A stretch of 64,000 nucleotides of DNA, taken from NCBI GenBank assembly GCA_903936705.1, contig CAIZWN010000005.1, forward strand, positions 123,883 to 187,882. The letters run 5' to 3'. The position numbers and the translations under genes were made by a program. The notes under the pieces were generated by a model. It did no database searches and was not told where the DNA came from. It saw only the letters and a list, made by a program, of their open reading frames with translations. The stretch's first letter is position 1, and the number at the start of each line of letters is the position of its first letter. The DNA is from an uncultured Myxococcales bacterium. Lineage in GTDB: Bacteria > Myxococcota_A > UBA9042 > DTJE01. Shown here one piece after another: positions 30,963 to 40,607 of the stretch.

Positions 30963-31304
30963 ATGCCCATTCAGAAGCAGTCCGGCGGGTTGGATCCAGC
31001 AAAGTCGGTTCGACTGGCCGACCTCGTCGAATACCAGCCAGGATCGATCGTCAGCAGAACGCTGGTTCAGAAAACGGTTGGCTCGCTGACTCTGTTCGCC
31101 TTTGACGAAGGCCAGGGACTCAGCGAGCACTCGGCCCCATTTGACGCCTACGTCACGGTCCAGGACGGCATCGGGGAACTGGTAATCGGCGGCGTGGCTG
31201 TTTCCTGCGCAACCGGTGAAACTGTTTTGATGCCAGCAAACATCCCACACGCAGTCAACGCGCGTCAGCGATTCAAGATGCTGTTGACGATGATTCGCGG
31301 CTGA
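30963..31304 (+). CDS. Cupin domain protein
   Basis: LFAFDEGQGLSEHSAPFDA, MPANIPHAV. Confidence 0.88.
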   Translation: MPIQKQSGGLDPAKSVRLADLVEYQPGSIVSRTLVQKTVGSLTLFAFDEGQGLSEHSAPFDAYVTVQDGIGELVIGGVAVSCATGETVLMPANIPHAVNARQRFKMLLTMIRG

Positions 31305-31388
31305 CGGATCCGTCCGCGAACATTTCATATTCTGGCATTGGTCCGGATTCGCCTATAGAATTCATCGGTCAGCCCCAGGAGGATCCGG

Positions 31389-33695
31389 ATGATGCCAATG
31401 GGGAAGCCGATCACCATCCTTCTCCTGTCAGGGTTCCTGACTGTTACAGTTTCCTGCGGTGACACCCCTGTTCCCGGGATGCAAGCTCTCGATGTGCCCT
31501 CCCCAGCCGATATTCCTCGCGAACTTGACAACCAAAACGACGACTTGCCTCCGCGGGATGGCAGCTTCCTGGACGCCCCCCTGGACACGTTGCTGGATGG
31601 CGCCTTGGACACCGTCGGCACGGATCCGTCCGGCGACGCTGCTGGCGGCCCGCGAATTGCCCTGGAACCCGACGCTCTGGATTTTGGCTTTGTAGGCAAG
31701 GGGATTTCCACGCCACGTTCGTTAACCATCCGAAATGACGGCGACTTTAACCTGAACATCTCGACGGTCACGCTGACACAGGATTCGAACGGCGAGTTTA
31801 CTGTTGACGCCAGCACTGCCCTGGCAGGTCCAATCCTGGGGGGCACCTCGGTCGTCATAGTCGTCACGGTCAAGAACCTGGGCGCCGATTTGGGTGACAT
31901 CAGCGGTCGCATGAGGATCCAGTCTAACGACCCGATGAATCCTTTACTTGATGTCGTGCTTACGGGAAGCAGGGCCGGTGAGCCGGTTTGCGACGTAAAG
32001 ATAAGTCCTCTGAAAACCAGCCTGGGCGACGTTGTAGCCGGACACCTGGTCCAGCGCCCCCTTAGCATCGTTAACATAGGCGGCGCTGCGTTCGTCATCC
32101 AGGAACTGGAGGCGTTCGGCTGTGGCGGTGCAGTCGGAGCACCTGATTGCGGACAATCTTTCGGCCCATCGGATTCCTGGAAAATCCAACTGAATGACCA
32201 GACATCGCCTTTGGTCTACCCGGGATCAACCGTGACTGCGAAAGTGTCCTTTCAGGCGCCGGCAAGCGTGACAGGGAAAGCCGAGGGTGTATTCGGACGC
32301 TTCTCTATGACCTATTCATGCCCATACGGCGCCGTTAACCCGAGGACCCTGTTCTGGACTGCCGACTGTCCGCCAAGCGAAAGTTGCCGCCCTAACCTCG
32401 AGGCCAACGTCACCCCGGCGGCCATCCAGGTGGAACCAGCCAGGATCGTGTTTCCCGAGACGACAGTTGGATGCCCGGCTTCCCCGTTCGAGGTGTCGCT
32501 GAAAAACGCCGGGGATGCCACCTTGAGAATTTCGACCATCGAAGTTGATCCATCTTGCGCGGGACTTGCTTCCTTCGATCTTCCGGGCCTTCCGACACTG
32601 CCGATCGACCTTGTTTCAAAATCCGCCATCAACGTGAAGGTGGCGTTCCTGCCAACTTCCACTGGTGAAAAGGAATGCAACCTTAGAATCGGCCTTTCCT
32701 TGCCTGCTCAGGACGTCATTCTCGTCCCGATTATCGGCCCTGCGGTTGCAGCAGGACACGTTGTCGATCGCTTCGCCCAGGTTGGACGAAAGACCGATAT
32801 TCTATTTGTGTCAGACACTTCAGCATCAATGCACGATGGCATTCAGAGACTGGTTGATTCGATACCAACCCTCACCGCAGCTTTCATCGACAGCGGGACC
32901 GACCCGCGCCTGGGCGTCATCGGCCTTGGCATGGAAAAGGCGTGTCCGACCGTCGCTGACCTGATGGGGACACCACGAATTCTGGACGCGCAGTCGATTG
33001 ACTCGCTGAAGGACACCGTAGACGGGATGCTCGCAGACACAAAATGTGTGCCAGCAACAGGCAAGTCTGGCTTGGAAGTGATGCGCCTGGCCTTGACGAC
33101 ACCGCGAATCGACGATCTTGGAACATCCTGCTCGACCGACGACACCTGCACGTCGCCATACCGCTGCGTAGACAAAGGATGCGGAGGTTCGAATCGCGGG
33201 TTCCTGCGAAACGACGCCTCCCTGGAGGTCCTGGTCATCTCGGACCAGGACGACCAATCACCGAGTACGGTCTCTGCGTACGTGAGTTTTTTGGAAAGCA
33301 TCAAGGGAACTGGTGGCGAGGCGCTGGTCAGGGTGCACGCCATTGCCGGGGATGCTGTTGGTGGCTGCAACAACGCCTATGACAGCGCCATTGCCGGAAC
33401 CAGGTACATTCAGGCCGCCAATGCAACTGGCGGCACGTTTGCCTCGATCTGCCAGGCCGACTACGCCGACGTTCTGACACACATCGGCAATTCGCCTTAC
33501 ACTCCCCGGACCGCCTTCCCCTTGTCCGGCAACCCGACGTCGAATTCAGTATCGATCACCGTGGACGGAACTCCTTGCGTGACCGGTTGGACACTGGACG
33601 CAATCACCAGGGTTGTGAACTTTGACCTTGATGGTTCCTGCTTCCCTGCCCCCGGGGTTCCGGTCGTCGCCAGCTATGTCGAGGCATGTCAATAA
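31389..33695 (+). CDS. Lipoprotein with choice-of-anchor D/ASH Ig-like repeats and vWA domain
   Basis: Lipobox-like TVSC; LDFG..LTIRN.G repeats; MIDAS-like DTSASM; SDQDD. Confidence 0.75.
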   Translation: MMPMGKPITILLLSGFLTVTVSCGDTPVPGMQALDVPSPADIPRELDNQNDDLPPRDGSFLDAPLDTLLDGALDTVGTDPSGDAAGGPRIALEPDALDFGFVGKGISTPRSLTIRNDGDFNLNISTVTLTQDSNGEFTVDASTALAGPILGGTSVVIVVTVKNLGADLGDISGRMRIQSNDPMNPLLDVVLTGSRAGEPVCDVKISPLKTSLGDVVAGHLVQRPLSIVNIGGAAFVIQELEAFGCGGAVGAPDCGQSFGPSDSWKIQLNDQTSPLVYPGSTVTAKVSFQAPASVTGKAEGVFGRFSMTYSCPYGAVNPRTLFWTADCPPSESCRPNLEANVTPAAIQVEPARIVFPETTVGCPASPFEVSLKNAGDATLRISTIEVDPSCAGLASFDLPGLPTLPIDLVSKSAINVKVAFLPTSTGEKECNLRIGLSLPAQDVILVPIIGPAVAAGHVVDRFAQVGRKTDILFVSDTSASMHDGIQRLVDSIPTLTAAFIDSGTDPRLGVIGLGMEKACPTVADLMGTPRILDAQSIDSLKDTVDGMLADTKCVPATGKSGLEVMRLALTTPRIDDLGTSCSTDDTCTSPYRCVDKGCGGSNRGFLRNDASLEVLVISDQDDQSPSTVSAYVSFLESIKGTGGEALVRVHAIAGDAVGGCNNAYDSAIAGTRYIQAANATGGTFASICQADYADVLTHIGNSPYTPRTAFPLSGNPTSNSVSITVDGTPCVTGWTLDAITRVVNFDLDGSCFPAPGVPVVASYVEACQ

Positions 33696-33750
33696 TCGTT
33701 CCATTACGTTAGATTCGACCCCCAGCACTCGGTCGGAAAGGGGGACTGAC

Positions 33751-34740
33751 TTGGATGCCGGTCTAGGGGCTATCGGGGTCGGGGTCGTGGTCGGAAACCC
33801 GGTCGCAGACGAAGTCCGCCGCAACGGCGGGCTGGTTCGGCACGTTTGTGGCGGAACCGCCACCTATGCCTCACTGGCGCTGCGCGCACTGGGACTGGAC
33901 GTGGCCCTGGTTGGATCAACGGGCCGCGATCACGACGACATGTTGCGTGCTCCGCTGGTTACGGCTGGCGTGGATCTTCGGTACCTGGGTACGACCGATC
34001 GGGGACCGTCCTCGGCCTATCTTCTGGACTATGTGGGGTCACCGCCAATCCGTTTGGTTCGCCTGCAACATCGGGGGCCGATCCTGGAGCCACAAGACGT
34101 TCCCCTGCTGCCGTTCGGCACCACATTCGTCCATGTTGGCGAGGTCGCAGGCGAAATCATGCCACAGGCGATCCGTCGTCTGGCATCCTGGGCCCGGCCC
34201 ATGGGAATCGACCTGCACGCCCTTCGCCGCTTTTCGGAGGATGGAACCGTAACGCTTGGGTCCGCTGCCGAAAGCGGCATCGATTTCGGGCACTTCGATA
34301 CCGTGAAAGGATCTGTGGAAGAAATCCGCGCGTTCGACCCGGCTGCGCCAGACCTCGAGGCAAGCCTGCGTGCGATTGCTGATCTTGGTGTCAGGCACGT
34401 ATTTGCGACCGATGGTGGATGCGGCGCCCTCATGATGACGAAGGAAGGAATCGTGCCCATTCCGGCGTTCCCCGTCGAGGAGGTCGATGCCACCGGAGCA
34501 GGAGACGTGTTCCTGGCCGGTTTCCTGTTCGCCAGCCATGCGCTCGGCGAAGCGCCGCGGGACGCAGCGCTTTTCGGGGCCGCGATGGCGTCCTTTGTCG
34601 TGGAGGGACCCGGCGCCACGGTACTGGGCGACCTGGCAGGCGTCCTGCAGCGGCGGGCCGTTTTGAACGGGGGAATCCGCCCCTGCATCCATAATCCTGG
34701 CGCCATCAATCCTTGCAACCAGGAAGGAGTCAATTCATGA
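33751..34740 (+). CDS. PfkB family carbohydrate kinase
   Basis: GGTATY and DATGAGDVF signature; start uncertain. Confidence 0.85.
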   Translation: MDAGLGAIGVGVVVGNPVADEVRRNGGLVRHVCGGTATYASLALRALGLDVALVGSTGRDHDDMLRAPLVTAGVDLRYLGTTDRGPSSAYLLDYVGSPPIRLVRLQHRGPILEPQDVPLLPFGTTFVHVGEVAGEIMPQAIRRLASWARPMGIDLHALRRFSEDGTVTLGSAAESGIDFGHFDTVKGSVEEIRAFDPAAPDLEASLRAIADLGVRHVFATDGGCGALMMTKEGIVPIPAFPVEEVDATGAGDVFLAGFLFASHALGEAPRDAALFGAAMASFVVEGPGATVLGDLAGVLQRRAVLNGGIRPCIHNPGAINPCNQEGVNS

Positions 34741-35156
34741 AGTCTCTGACCGAATACCTGGAATTCAACATTCCGGCCAGGCGCGGTTTTCTGAACATCA
34801 CATCAAAGGTGGCGGAAGCTGTCCTGCGCAGCGGCGTCGTCGAGGGCCTGTGCCTGGTCAATGCCATGCACATAACGGCCAGCGTCTTCATCAACGACGA
34901 CGAATCCGGCCTTCATCAGGACTACGACGACTGGCTGGAATCCCTGGCGCCCCACGATCCTGTGTCGCAATACCGCCACAATCGCACCGGCGAGGACAAC
35001 GGGGATGCGCACCTCAAGCGGCAGATCATGGGTCGAGAAACGGTCGTCGCCATCACGAAAGGCCGTCTGGACCTGGGACCTTGGGAACAAATCTTCTACG
35101 GCGAGTTCGACGGCAGGCGAAAAAAGCGCGTGTTAATCAAGGTTATCGGCGAGTGA
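34737..35156 (+). CDS. yjbQ: YjbQ/UPF0047 family protein
   Basis: [39 protein letters not shown]. Confidence 0.9.
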   Translation: MKSLTEYLEFNIPARRGFLNITSKVAEAVLRSGVVEGLCLVNAMHITASVFINDDESGLHQDYDDWLESLAPHDPVSQYRHNRTGEDNGDAHLKRQIMGRETVVAITKGRLDLGPWEQIFYGEFDGRRKKRVLIKVIGE

Positions 35157-35352
35157 CTTTCGGGGTGTGGCTATAATTGACCTCGCTGATCACCTGTCGG
35201 AAGCGGACTGCCTCAACTAATTGCTCTCGAAGAATCCGGGTCTACTCAACAACAGCCCTGTTCAACGATTTTTTTTGTTACGGACTTGAAAGCGGCTGCA
35301 AAATGCCTAAGCTAGTTGATAGGTCATATCAATAGTGACCCGGGAGAAGCCC

Positions 35353-36882
35353 ATGCGTCTTTGCCTCGAATGTCTGAAGCTGCATGGCGGGATGGGGGTC
35401 GAGTGCCCACTGGACGGGCATCGGACCTGGGCCGTTGCGCGGCCGACTGCCGCTACGGGTCGCGTATTAGGGGGTGATTTTGTTCTGCTGGAGGAACTGG
35501 CCCGAGGCGGCACATCCATAGTGTACCGGGCGGTCCGACGTTCCAAGGGCGATGAAATCGTGGTGAAGGTCGCGCAACGTGACTTGCCCGACGACCCGAT
35601 CGAGGAACTGCGTTTCCTGCGATCAGCAGCTTTGGCCGCCGATCTCAAGGGCACCCACTTCGTGGAGGTTCTGGGACATGGCCGTGCCCCAGACGGTACG
35701 CTGTTCCTGGCCATGGAGCGCCTTCGCGGACGTACGCTGTACGAAACGATGCAAGAGGACGGAATCCCGATGTCGCCAGCGCGAACCGCCAGCATCACCG
35801 TCCAGGTGCTGGAGGCGCTGGACCTGATCCACGATGCAGGGCTGATCCACCGAGACTTGAAACCCGAAAACATCTTCATGCTGGACGGGCCCGACGACCG
35901 ATTGAAGATACTGGACTTCGGCCTGGCCCGTTCAACCCGGTTCGCCGATCCAGCACTGACCGGCGAAGGTTTGGTGATCGGCACGCCGACTTACATGAGC
36001 CCCGAGCAGGGGTACGGGCGGACCCTGGACACCCGCAGCGACCTGTACTCTGTTGGCGTCCTGCTGTTCGAGTTGCTGTCGGGGCAGGTGCCGCACAATG
36101 ACGCGTCGTCTCTACGGGTCCTGATCAAGAAGGTGTCGGACAGGGCCCCGCGGATCAGCGATCTGGCGCCCCAGGCGGAAGTGCCGCTGCCTCTGGAGAA
36201 CCTGGTGGCCGACCTGCTGGAAGTGGAACCGGCCCGGCGTCCGGCGTCGGCCAGGCTGGCGATCCAGCGGTTACGTGAGGCCATCGACCTGGCCCACCAA
36301 GGCACTTCCGACCAAGAACAGGACGCCACGATCCCGGGTACGGAGGCCGTTTCAAAAGTCCGGCGCACCACCCGACCGACCCGGGTCCATGCGAACTCGA
36401 ACGCGTCGACACCGAAACTTGATCGAGCCCGGCCGCCAAACCTGCGGCTGGTTCGATTTTCGCCGTCGCTGGAAACCGGGATCCCCGCAGTGGACGACCA
36501 GCACCGGGCGCTTTTCGACCTGGCAGACCAGATCCTGGGCGGGCCTGAAAAGGGTTCGACTCCAGAGGACGTACGGCAGACCATCACCAGGCTCATCGAA
36601 TACGCCAGGCATCACTTCGAGGAGGAAGAAACAGCCATGGAGGCGGCAGGGTACAAGTGTCCGGAAGCGCACACACAGGATCATCAGCGCTTCACCAACA
36701 CCATGCTGCTTGTCTGCCAGCAGTCCGGAACGACCGGCGCCGTCCCGGCATGTCGAGACGAGGTCCGTCGCCAGATGACGCTGCTGGTTCGTCACATCCG
36801 AACCCTCGACCGCGCCTTTGCCGACTTTCTGAAGGCACGCGACACCATCGGAGCAAGTATCCCGGTCAGGTCACAAGGCTGA
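35353..36882 (+). CDS. Hanks-type Ser/Thr kinase fused to C-terminal bacteriohemerythrin
   Basis: HRDLKPEN, DFG, GTPTYMSPEQ; TGIPAVDDQH, HFEEEE, HTQDH, HIRTLD. Confidence 0.88.
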   Translation: MRLCLECLKLHGGMGVECPLDGHRTWAVARPTAATGRVLGGDFVLLEELARGGTSIVYRAVRRSKGDEIVVKVAQRDLPDDPIEELRFLRSAALAADLKGTHFVEVLGHGRAPDGTLFLAMERLRGRTLYETMQEDGIPMSPARTASITVQVLEALDLIHDAGLIHRDLKPENIFMLDGPDDRLKILDFGLARSTRFADPALTGEGLVIGTPTYMSPEQGYGRTLDTRSDLYSVGVLLFELLSGQVPHNDASSLRVLIKKVSDRAPRISDLAPQAEVPLPLENLVADLLEVEPARRPASARLAIQRLREAIDLAHQGTSDQEQDATIPGTEAVSKVRRTTRPTRVHANSNASTPKLDRARPPNLRLVRFSPSLETGIPAVDDQHRALFDLADQILGGPEKGSTPEDVRQTITRLIEYARHHFEEEETAMEAAGYKCPEAHTQDHQRFTNTMLLVCQQSGTTGAVPACRDEVRRQMTLLVRHIRTLDRAFADFLKARDTIGASIPVRSQG

Positions 36883-39357
36883 CTGCAGGCGCACCCTAGC
36901 CACAGGGAATAGGTCCACCGTAATGATTGCGTCGCGTCCACGAGCATCGACGTCATCCGGCACCGTCAGCCGAACGCCGGCCAGGCGCCCGTCTTCGCTG
37001 GTAACCCGCTGGGTGTTGGCGCCGTAGCGGCATTCCAACCCCTCGCCCGTGACCGGATCCGCCAGCACGACAACCGGCAGGTGCCCCTGGGAGGCAAGCG
37101 CCGTGCCCGAGAATACCGCCTCGACCACGCCACCCATGCCGCCCGGGCCAGGGGCCAGCGTTGCTGTGGCAACCAGGCCATCGATGGGCGTCCCTCCCGG
37201 TCCGACGTGGGGCGAAAGCACCGCAGTACCGTTTGACACCAGCAGGCCGGTAGAGGGGTTGCACAGGCCCAGCAGGTCCAGCGCCGGCCCGTAGAAAGAC
37301 ACCTTGCCGCAGTCCACTTCGGCGAACAGGTTCAGCCGATCATCGACCATCTTCGCGTCCAACTGTCCAGCCAGGCGAAACCGGTCCATCACGATCGACA
37401 ACTTGCCGAACAGAAGTTCAAAGCCGCGGCTTTCCATTGTGTAGGACCGCCCCTGGGAAGCGCCGTTCATCACGAATACCGATCGCGTATCCATGCGGAT
37501 CTGCGGATCCAATCCGGGCGTGCCCTCCACCGCCAAACCCAGGAACCTTCCTGCAGCCGGATCCGCATCCAGGATGCCCAGCAGGTAGTTGTAGGATGCG
37601 AAACCGATCTGGTTGAACGTTGTCATCAGGGGAGGCTGTGGCACAGCCAGGCGGGTCAGGCGAAGGACGGTCGCAGTCGTGCCCGGCGGCTGGAATGGCG
37701 ATGCCCCCAAGGCAGCAGGCCGCGTATCCATGGTGAACGTCCGCGCAAAGGTCCCGCCATCCTCCCCGCCAGACACCTTGTTGCCGAAACGATCCCCATT
37801 CACCAGGTACGTCCCGGAAACCTCGATCGAATAGGTGGTCCCGTCCTGCAAGGGGGCCGTGGGCACCACCTCAACAAACCGCCCGTCTGCCGACACCTCC
37901 ACCCTGCGGGCAAAATCCGGCACGGCCGTCACCGTCACCCTGGCAGGATCCACTCGCGCGACGATCGTGTCTTGGTCCTTGCGCACCAGCAGCCGAAAAG
38001 CCAGCACGTCCAGCGGCCCGATCGGGTCGGTCGATTCCAGCACCGAGTCGCCCCCCTCCGTGAACCGGTACAGGAACGTGCCGTCGGACGGGATGTCCTC
38101 GGATGGAGAAAGGTTGCAACGCGAATCCTGGGCGTGCGTGGAACAGAAGTCCCAGGGGACGAAAAATACGGTGCCGGCCTCGCCACCGATGACTACGCCG
38201 TCCAGGCCCAGCGCAGGAGATCCGTTCAGGTCGTTGCGATCGGACTCGCTGGTGTCGTATGACCAGCGGCGCCGGCCGTCTGGTCCCAGGCTGTACAGAC
38301 GGCCGTCGCCAGCCCCAAAGTACACGTTTCCTTCCCCGTCGATTGCGGGCGAAGAGCGGATCGGATCCAGCGTGTCGAAGGCCCACTTCAACGTACCGTC
38401 CGGGTACAGCGCATACATCGTGCCGTCGGCCGAGCCAATGTAAACCGTACCGTCGGCCGCGATGGCCGCGGAACCGTAGATGTGATCCCTGGTCGCGAAG
38501 GACCAGGCCTCGCTGTCGGTCCTGGCCGGATCGATGCCGTGCACGAACCCGTCAAACGACCCGACCACCACCAGGCGACCGTCGTCCGACACGGCCGGCG
38601 AGGACGTCACGGGACCAAGGGTACCCCAAACGGCCTTCCGGTTTCCCGATGCATCCAGGGCCCTGACCGACATGTCGTTCGACCCTGCGTAGATCGTTCC
38701 ATCGGGGCCAAAGCCCGGGCACGACCAGACCTGGTCCCCGGTCTCGAATCCCCACCCGATCGTCCCGTCGCGACCCACCTGATAGATGTGGAAGTCGTCG
38801 TTCCCCAGGTACAAATTCCCGTCCACCCCCATGGTGACGTGCCCTTCCCACCACGTGATAAAGCCGGCAGCGCCAGGCGATTGCCGACGCCACTTCTCCT
38901 TACCCTGGCTGTCCAGGGCATACAGATTGCCGTCACCGGCCGGCACGTAGATCGTTCCGTCATCGCCCAGCAGTGCTGACGAATCGATCATCTCACCCGT
39001 CGCAAAACGCCACTTCTCCCTGCCGTCCGCTCCAATGGCATAGAAGTTCGTATCCGCCGATCCCATGTAGACCGTCCCGTCCCCGCCGATAACCGGCGCA
39101 TGGAACATGCCCTTGCCGGTATGGAACGCCCACGGCTCACGACCGGTATCCCGAGGCAGGACAGGACTGCGCCCATTGTTTCGCGTTGTCCGGCGGAACA
39201 TCGGCCACGGAGAAGTCGGCAGAACCGGGTTGTCGTAGACGAACGTAGGCGGCGGCAGAACAGCTTCATCAGAACAGGCAACCAGCCCCGCCAACACAAC
39301 CGCCAACAAGCATGAGACCCCGGCCACCGAACGCCCCGGGCAAACAAACGGATGCAT
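36871..39357 (-). CDS. PQQ-like beta-propeller lipoprotein
   Basis: Lipobox LVAC; repeated SSPA..DGT.Y.GS.DG...A...DG..KW blades. Confidence 0.85.
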   Translation of the reverse strand: MHPFVCPGRSVAGVSCLLAVVLAGLVACSDEAVLPPPTFVYDNPVLPTSPWPMFRRTTRNNGRSPVLPRDTGREPWAFHTGKGMFHAPVIGGDGTVYMGSADTNFYAIGADGREKWRFATGEMIDSSALLGDDGTIYVPAGDGNLYALDSQGKEKWRRQSPGAAGFITWWEGHVTMGVDGNLYLGNDDFHIYQVGRDGTIGWGFETGDQVWSCPGFGPDGTIYAGSNDMSVRALDASGNRKAVWGTLGPVTSSPAVSDDGRLVVVGSFDGFVHGIDPARTDSEAWSFATRDHIYGSAAIAADGTVYIGSADGTMYALYPDGTLKWAFDTLDPIRSSPAIDGEGNVYFGAGDGRLYSLGPDGRRRWSYDTSESDRNDLNGSPALGLDGVVIGGEAGTVFFVPWDFCSTHAQDSRCNLSPSEDIPSDGTFLYRFTEGGDSVLESTDPIGPLDVLAFRLLVRKDQDTIVARVDPARVTVTAVPDFARRVEVSADGRFVEVVPTAPLQDGTTYSIEVSGTYLVNGDRFGNKVSGGEDGGTFARTFTMDTRPAALGASPFQPPGTTATVLRLTRLAVPQPPLMTTFNQIGFASYNYLLGILDADPAAGRFLGLAVEGTPGLDPQIRMDTRSVFVMNGASQGRSYTMESRGFELLFGKLSIVMDRFRLAGQLDAKMVDDRLNLFAEVDCGKVSFYGPALDLLGLCNPSTGLLVSNGTAVLSPHVGPGGTPIDGLVATATLAPGPGGMGGVVEAVFSGTALASQGHLPVVVLADPVTGEGLECRYGANTQRVTSEDGRLAGVRLTVPDDVDARGRDAIITVDLFPVARVRLQSAL

Positions 39358-39456
39358 CGGAAGACCCTCATTTTGGTTCGTATCAAGGTTAGCCGCAGAC
39401 GACTGGCAACAAAAGACTGTTTCACAAACATCCGTCCTGAACGTGCTGAACTGGCT

Positions 39457-39505
39457 TTGATTCAAGGCAAAGTTGCGCTATCATCACATGGCTAGACAGT
39501 CTAGC
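39457..39505 (+). promoter_or_regulatory. TA promoter with palindromic operator
   Basis: TTGATT-N16-TATCAT followed by perfect palindrome GCTAGAC-A-GTCTAGC (39491-39505). Confidence 0.6.
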
Positions 39506-39524
39506 TGTTTCATGGTGGTTCAGA

Positions 39525-39806
39525 ATGGGAACAAGCAATTCACCGCGATTGCCACACGACCGGGAATGGCAGCTTCAGGATGCCAAGAATCGTTTCAGCC
39601 AGGTGGTGGATTCGGCAGTGCATGATGGCGCTCAGACCATCACCTTGAGGGGGAAACCTGCGGCGGTAGTTGTCTCTTTCGACGAATACCGCAGGCTGAC
39701 ACAGCCACGCATCGGCTTGTCAGCGTTCTTCGAAAAATCCCCACTGCATGGCGTCGATCTTGATCTTGGCCGCAGTGCCGACCTGCCCCGAGAGGTGGAT
39801 TTGTGA
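39525..39806 (+). CDS. Phd/YefM family antitoxin
   Basis: WQLQDAKNRFSQVV...ITLRGKPAAVVVS. Confidence 0.9.
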   Translation: MGTSNSPRLPHDREWQLQDAKNRFSQVVDSAVHDGAQTITLRGKPAAVVVSFDEYRRLTQPRIGLSAFFEKSPLHGVDLDLGRSADLPREVDL

Positions 39807-40222
39807 AGTACCTTCTTGATACCTGCCTGATTTCCGAACTGGTGAAGAAGACGCCGAATTCAGCGGTCGTCAGGTGGCTGGACGAACAGGATGAACACAG
39901 CCTTTACCTCAGCGTCCTGACCATCGGAGAACTGCAGAAGGGGATCTGCAAACTTCCGGATGGTGCCCGAAAGGATGATCTTCATGCCTGGGTTGAAAAT
40001 GATCTTGCCCTGCGTTTTTCCGGACGAATCGTCGACGTTGACCTGGAAACCGTGCTGATCTGGGGCCGGTTGCTGGCACAGTCCGAACAGAAGGGCGTGA
40101 TTCTGCCGGTAACGGATTCGCTGATTGCAGCCACCGCAATAAATCACGGATTGGTTGTGGTTTCACGCAACGTCAAGGACATGGAAAGATGCCTGGTTAG
40201 CGTGTGCAATCCTTGGGCCTGA
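39803..40222 (+). CDS. vapC: VapC PIN-domain toxin
   Basis: YLLDTCLISE, E, DSLIAATA, RNVKD; GTGA overlap with antitoxin. Confidence 0.92.
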   Translation: MKYLLDTCLISELVKKTPNSAVVRWLDEQDEHSLYLSVLTIGELQKGICKLPDGARKDDLHAWVENDLALRFSGRIVDVDLETVLIWGRLLAQSEQKGVILPVTDSLIAATAINHGLVVVSRNVKDMERCLVSVCNPWA

Positions 40223-40310
40223 TCCAGGCACCCGCATACGATTCGAGTCCTGTCGCAAATGAACAAATCGGTACGTCGCCAGATTGTGGCAATCGGATCG
40301 AAAAGAAACG

Positions 40311-40476
40311 GGCCGCGCCGAACGTTCGACTTTCCCCATCGTTGGGGAAGCTACCAGCCCGGCGCGGCCAGGGGCTCTTTGTCCGCCCCACAATAGGGAC
40401 GGCGCGGGTTCGGGGGCAATGGTCAAGACCTGGGCACGGGACCGGCGTCCTTGAACGCAGGTCATCTGGCCGTCGC
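40311..40476 (-). ncRNA. Structured 3' spacer of DGR RNA
   Basis: 10-bp inverted repeat 40311-40320/40360-40369 extended by G-U pairs on the minus strand only; inner stem 40332-40338/40343-40349; second hairpin CCGUCCC/GGGGCGG. Confidence 0.65.
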
Positions 40477-40482
40477 CTCGAG

Positions 40483-40607
40483 CTCGAAGGGCGCAGCCCC
40501 AGGTTGTTGTTGCGGTTGCCCGGGTCGTTGTTGTTGCGGTTCGCAGCCCGGGCGTTCCTGGCATCGTTGTTCCAGGAGCCGCCCCGATTCACCCGGTTAG
40601 AGCCCGT
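40483..40607 (-). repeat. DGR template repeat (TR)
   Basis: 125 bp, AAC-rich (13 Asn codons), identical to 42638-42762 except at 17 adenines. Confidence 0.96.

Noticed and set aside
40483-40607. AAC-rich stretch and ORFs 40197-40637/40163-40564 as protein genes or a microsatellite
   Set aside because: Explained as the DGR template repeat; the Asn-rich translation is the TR signature
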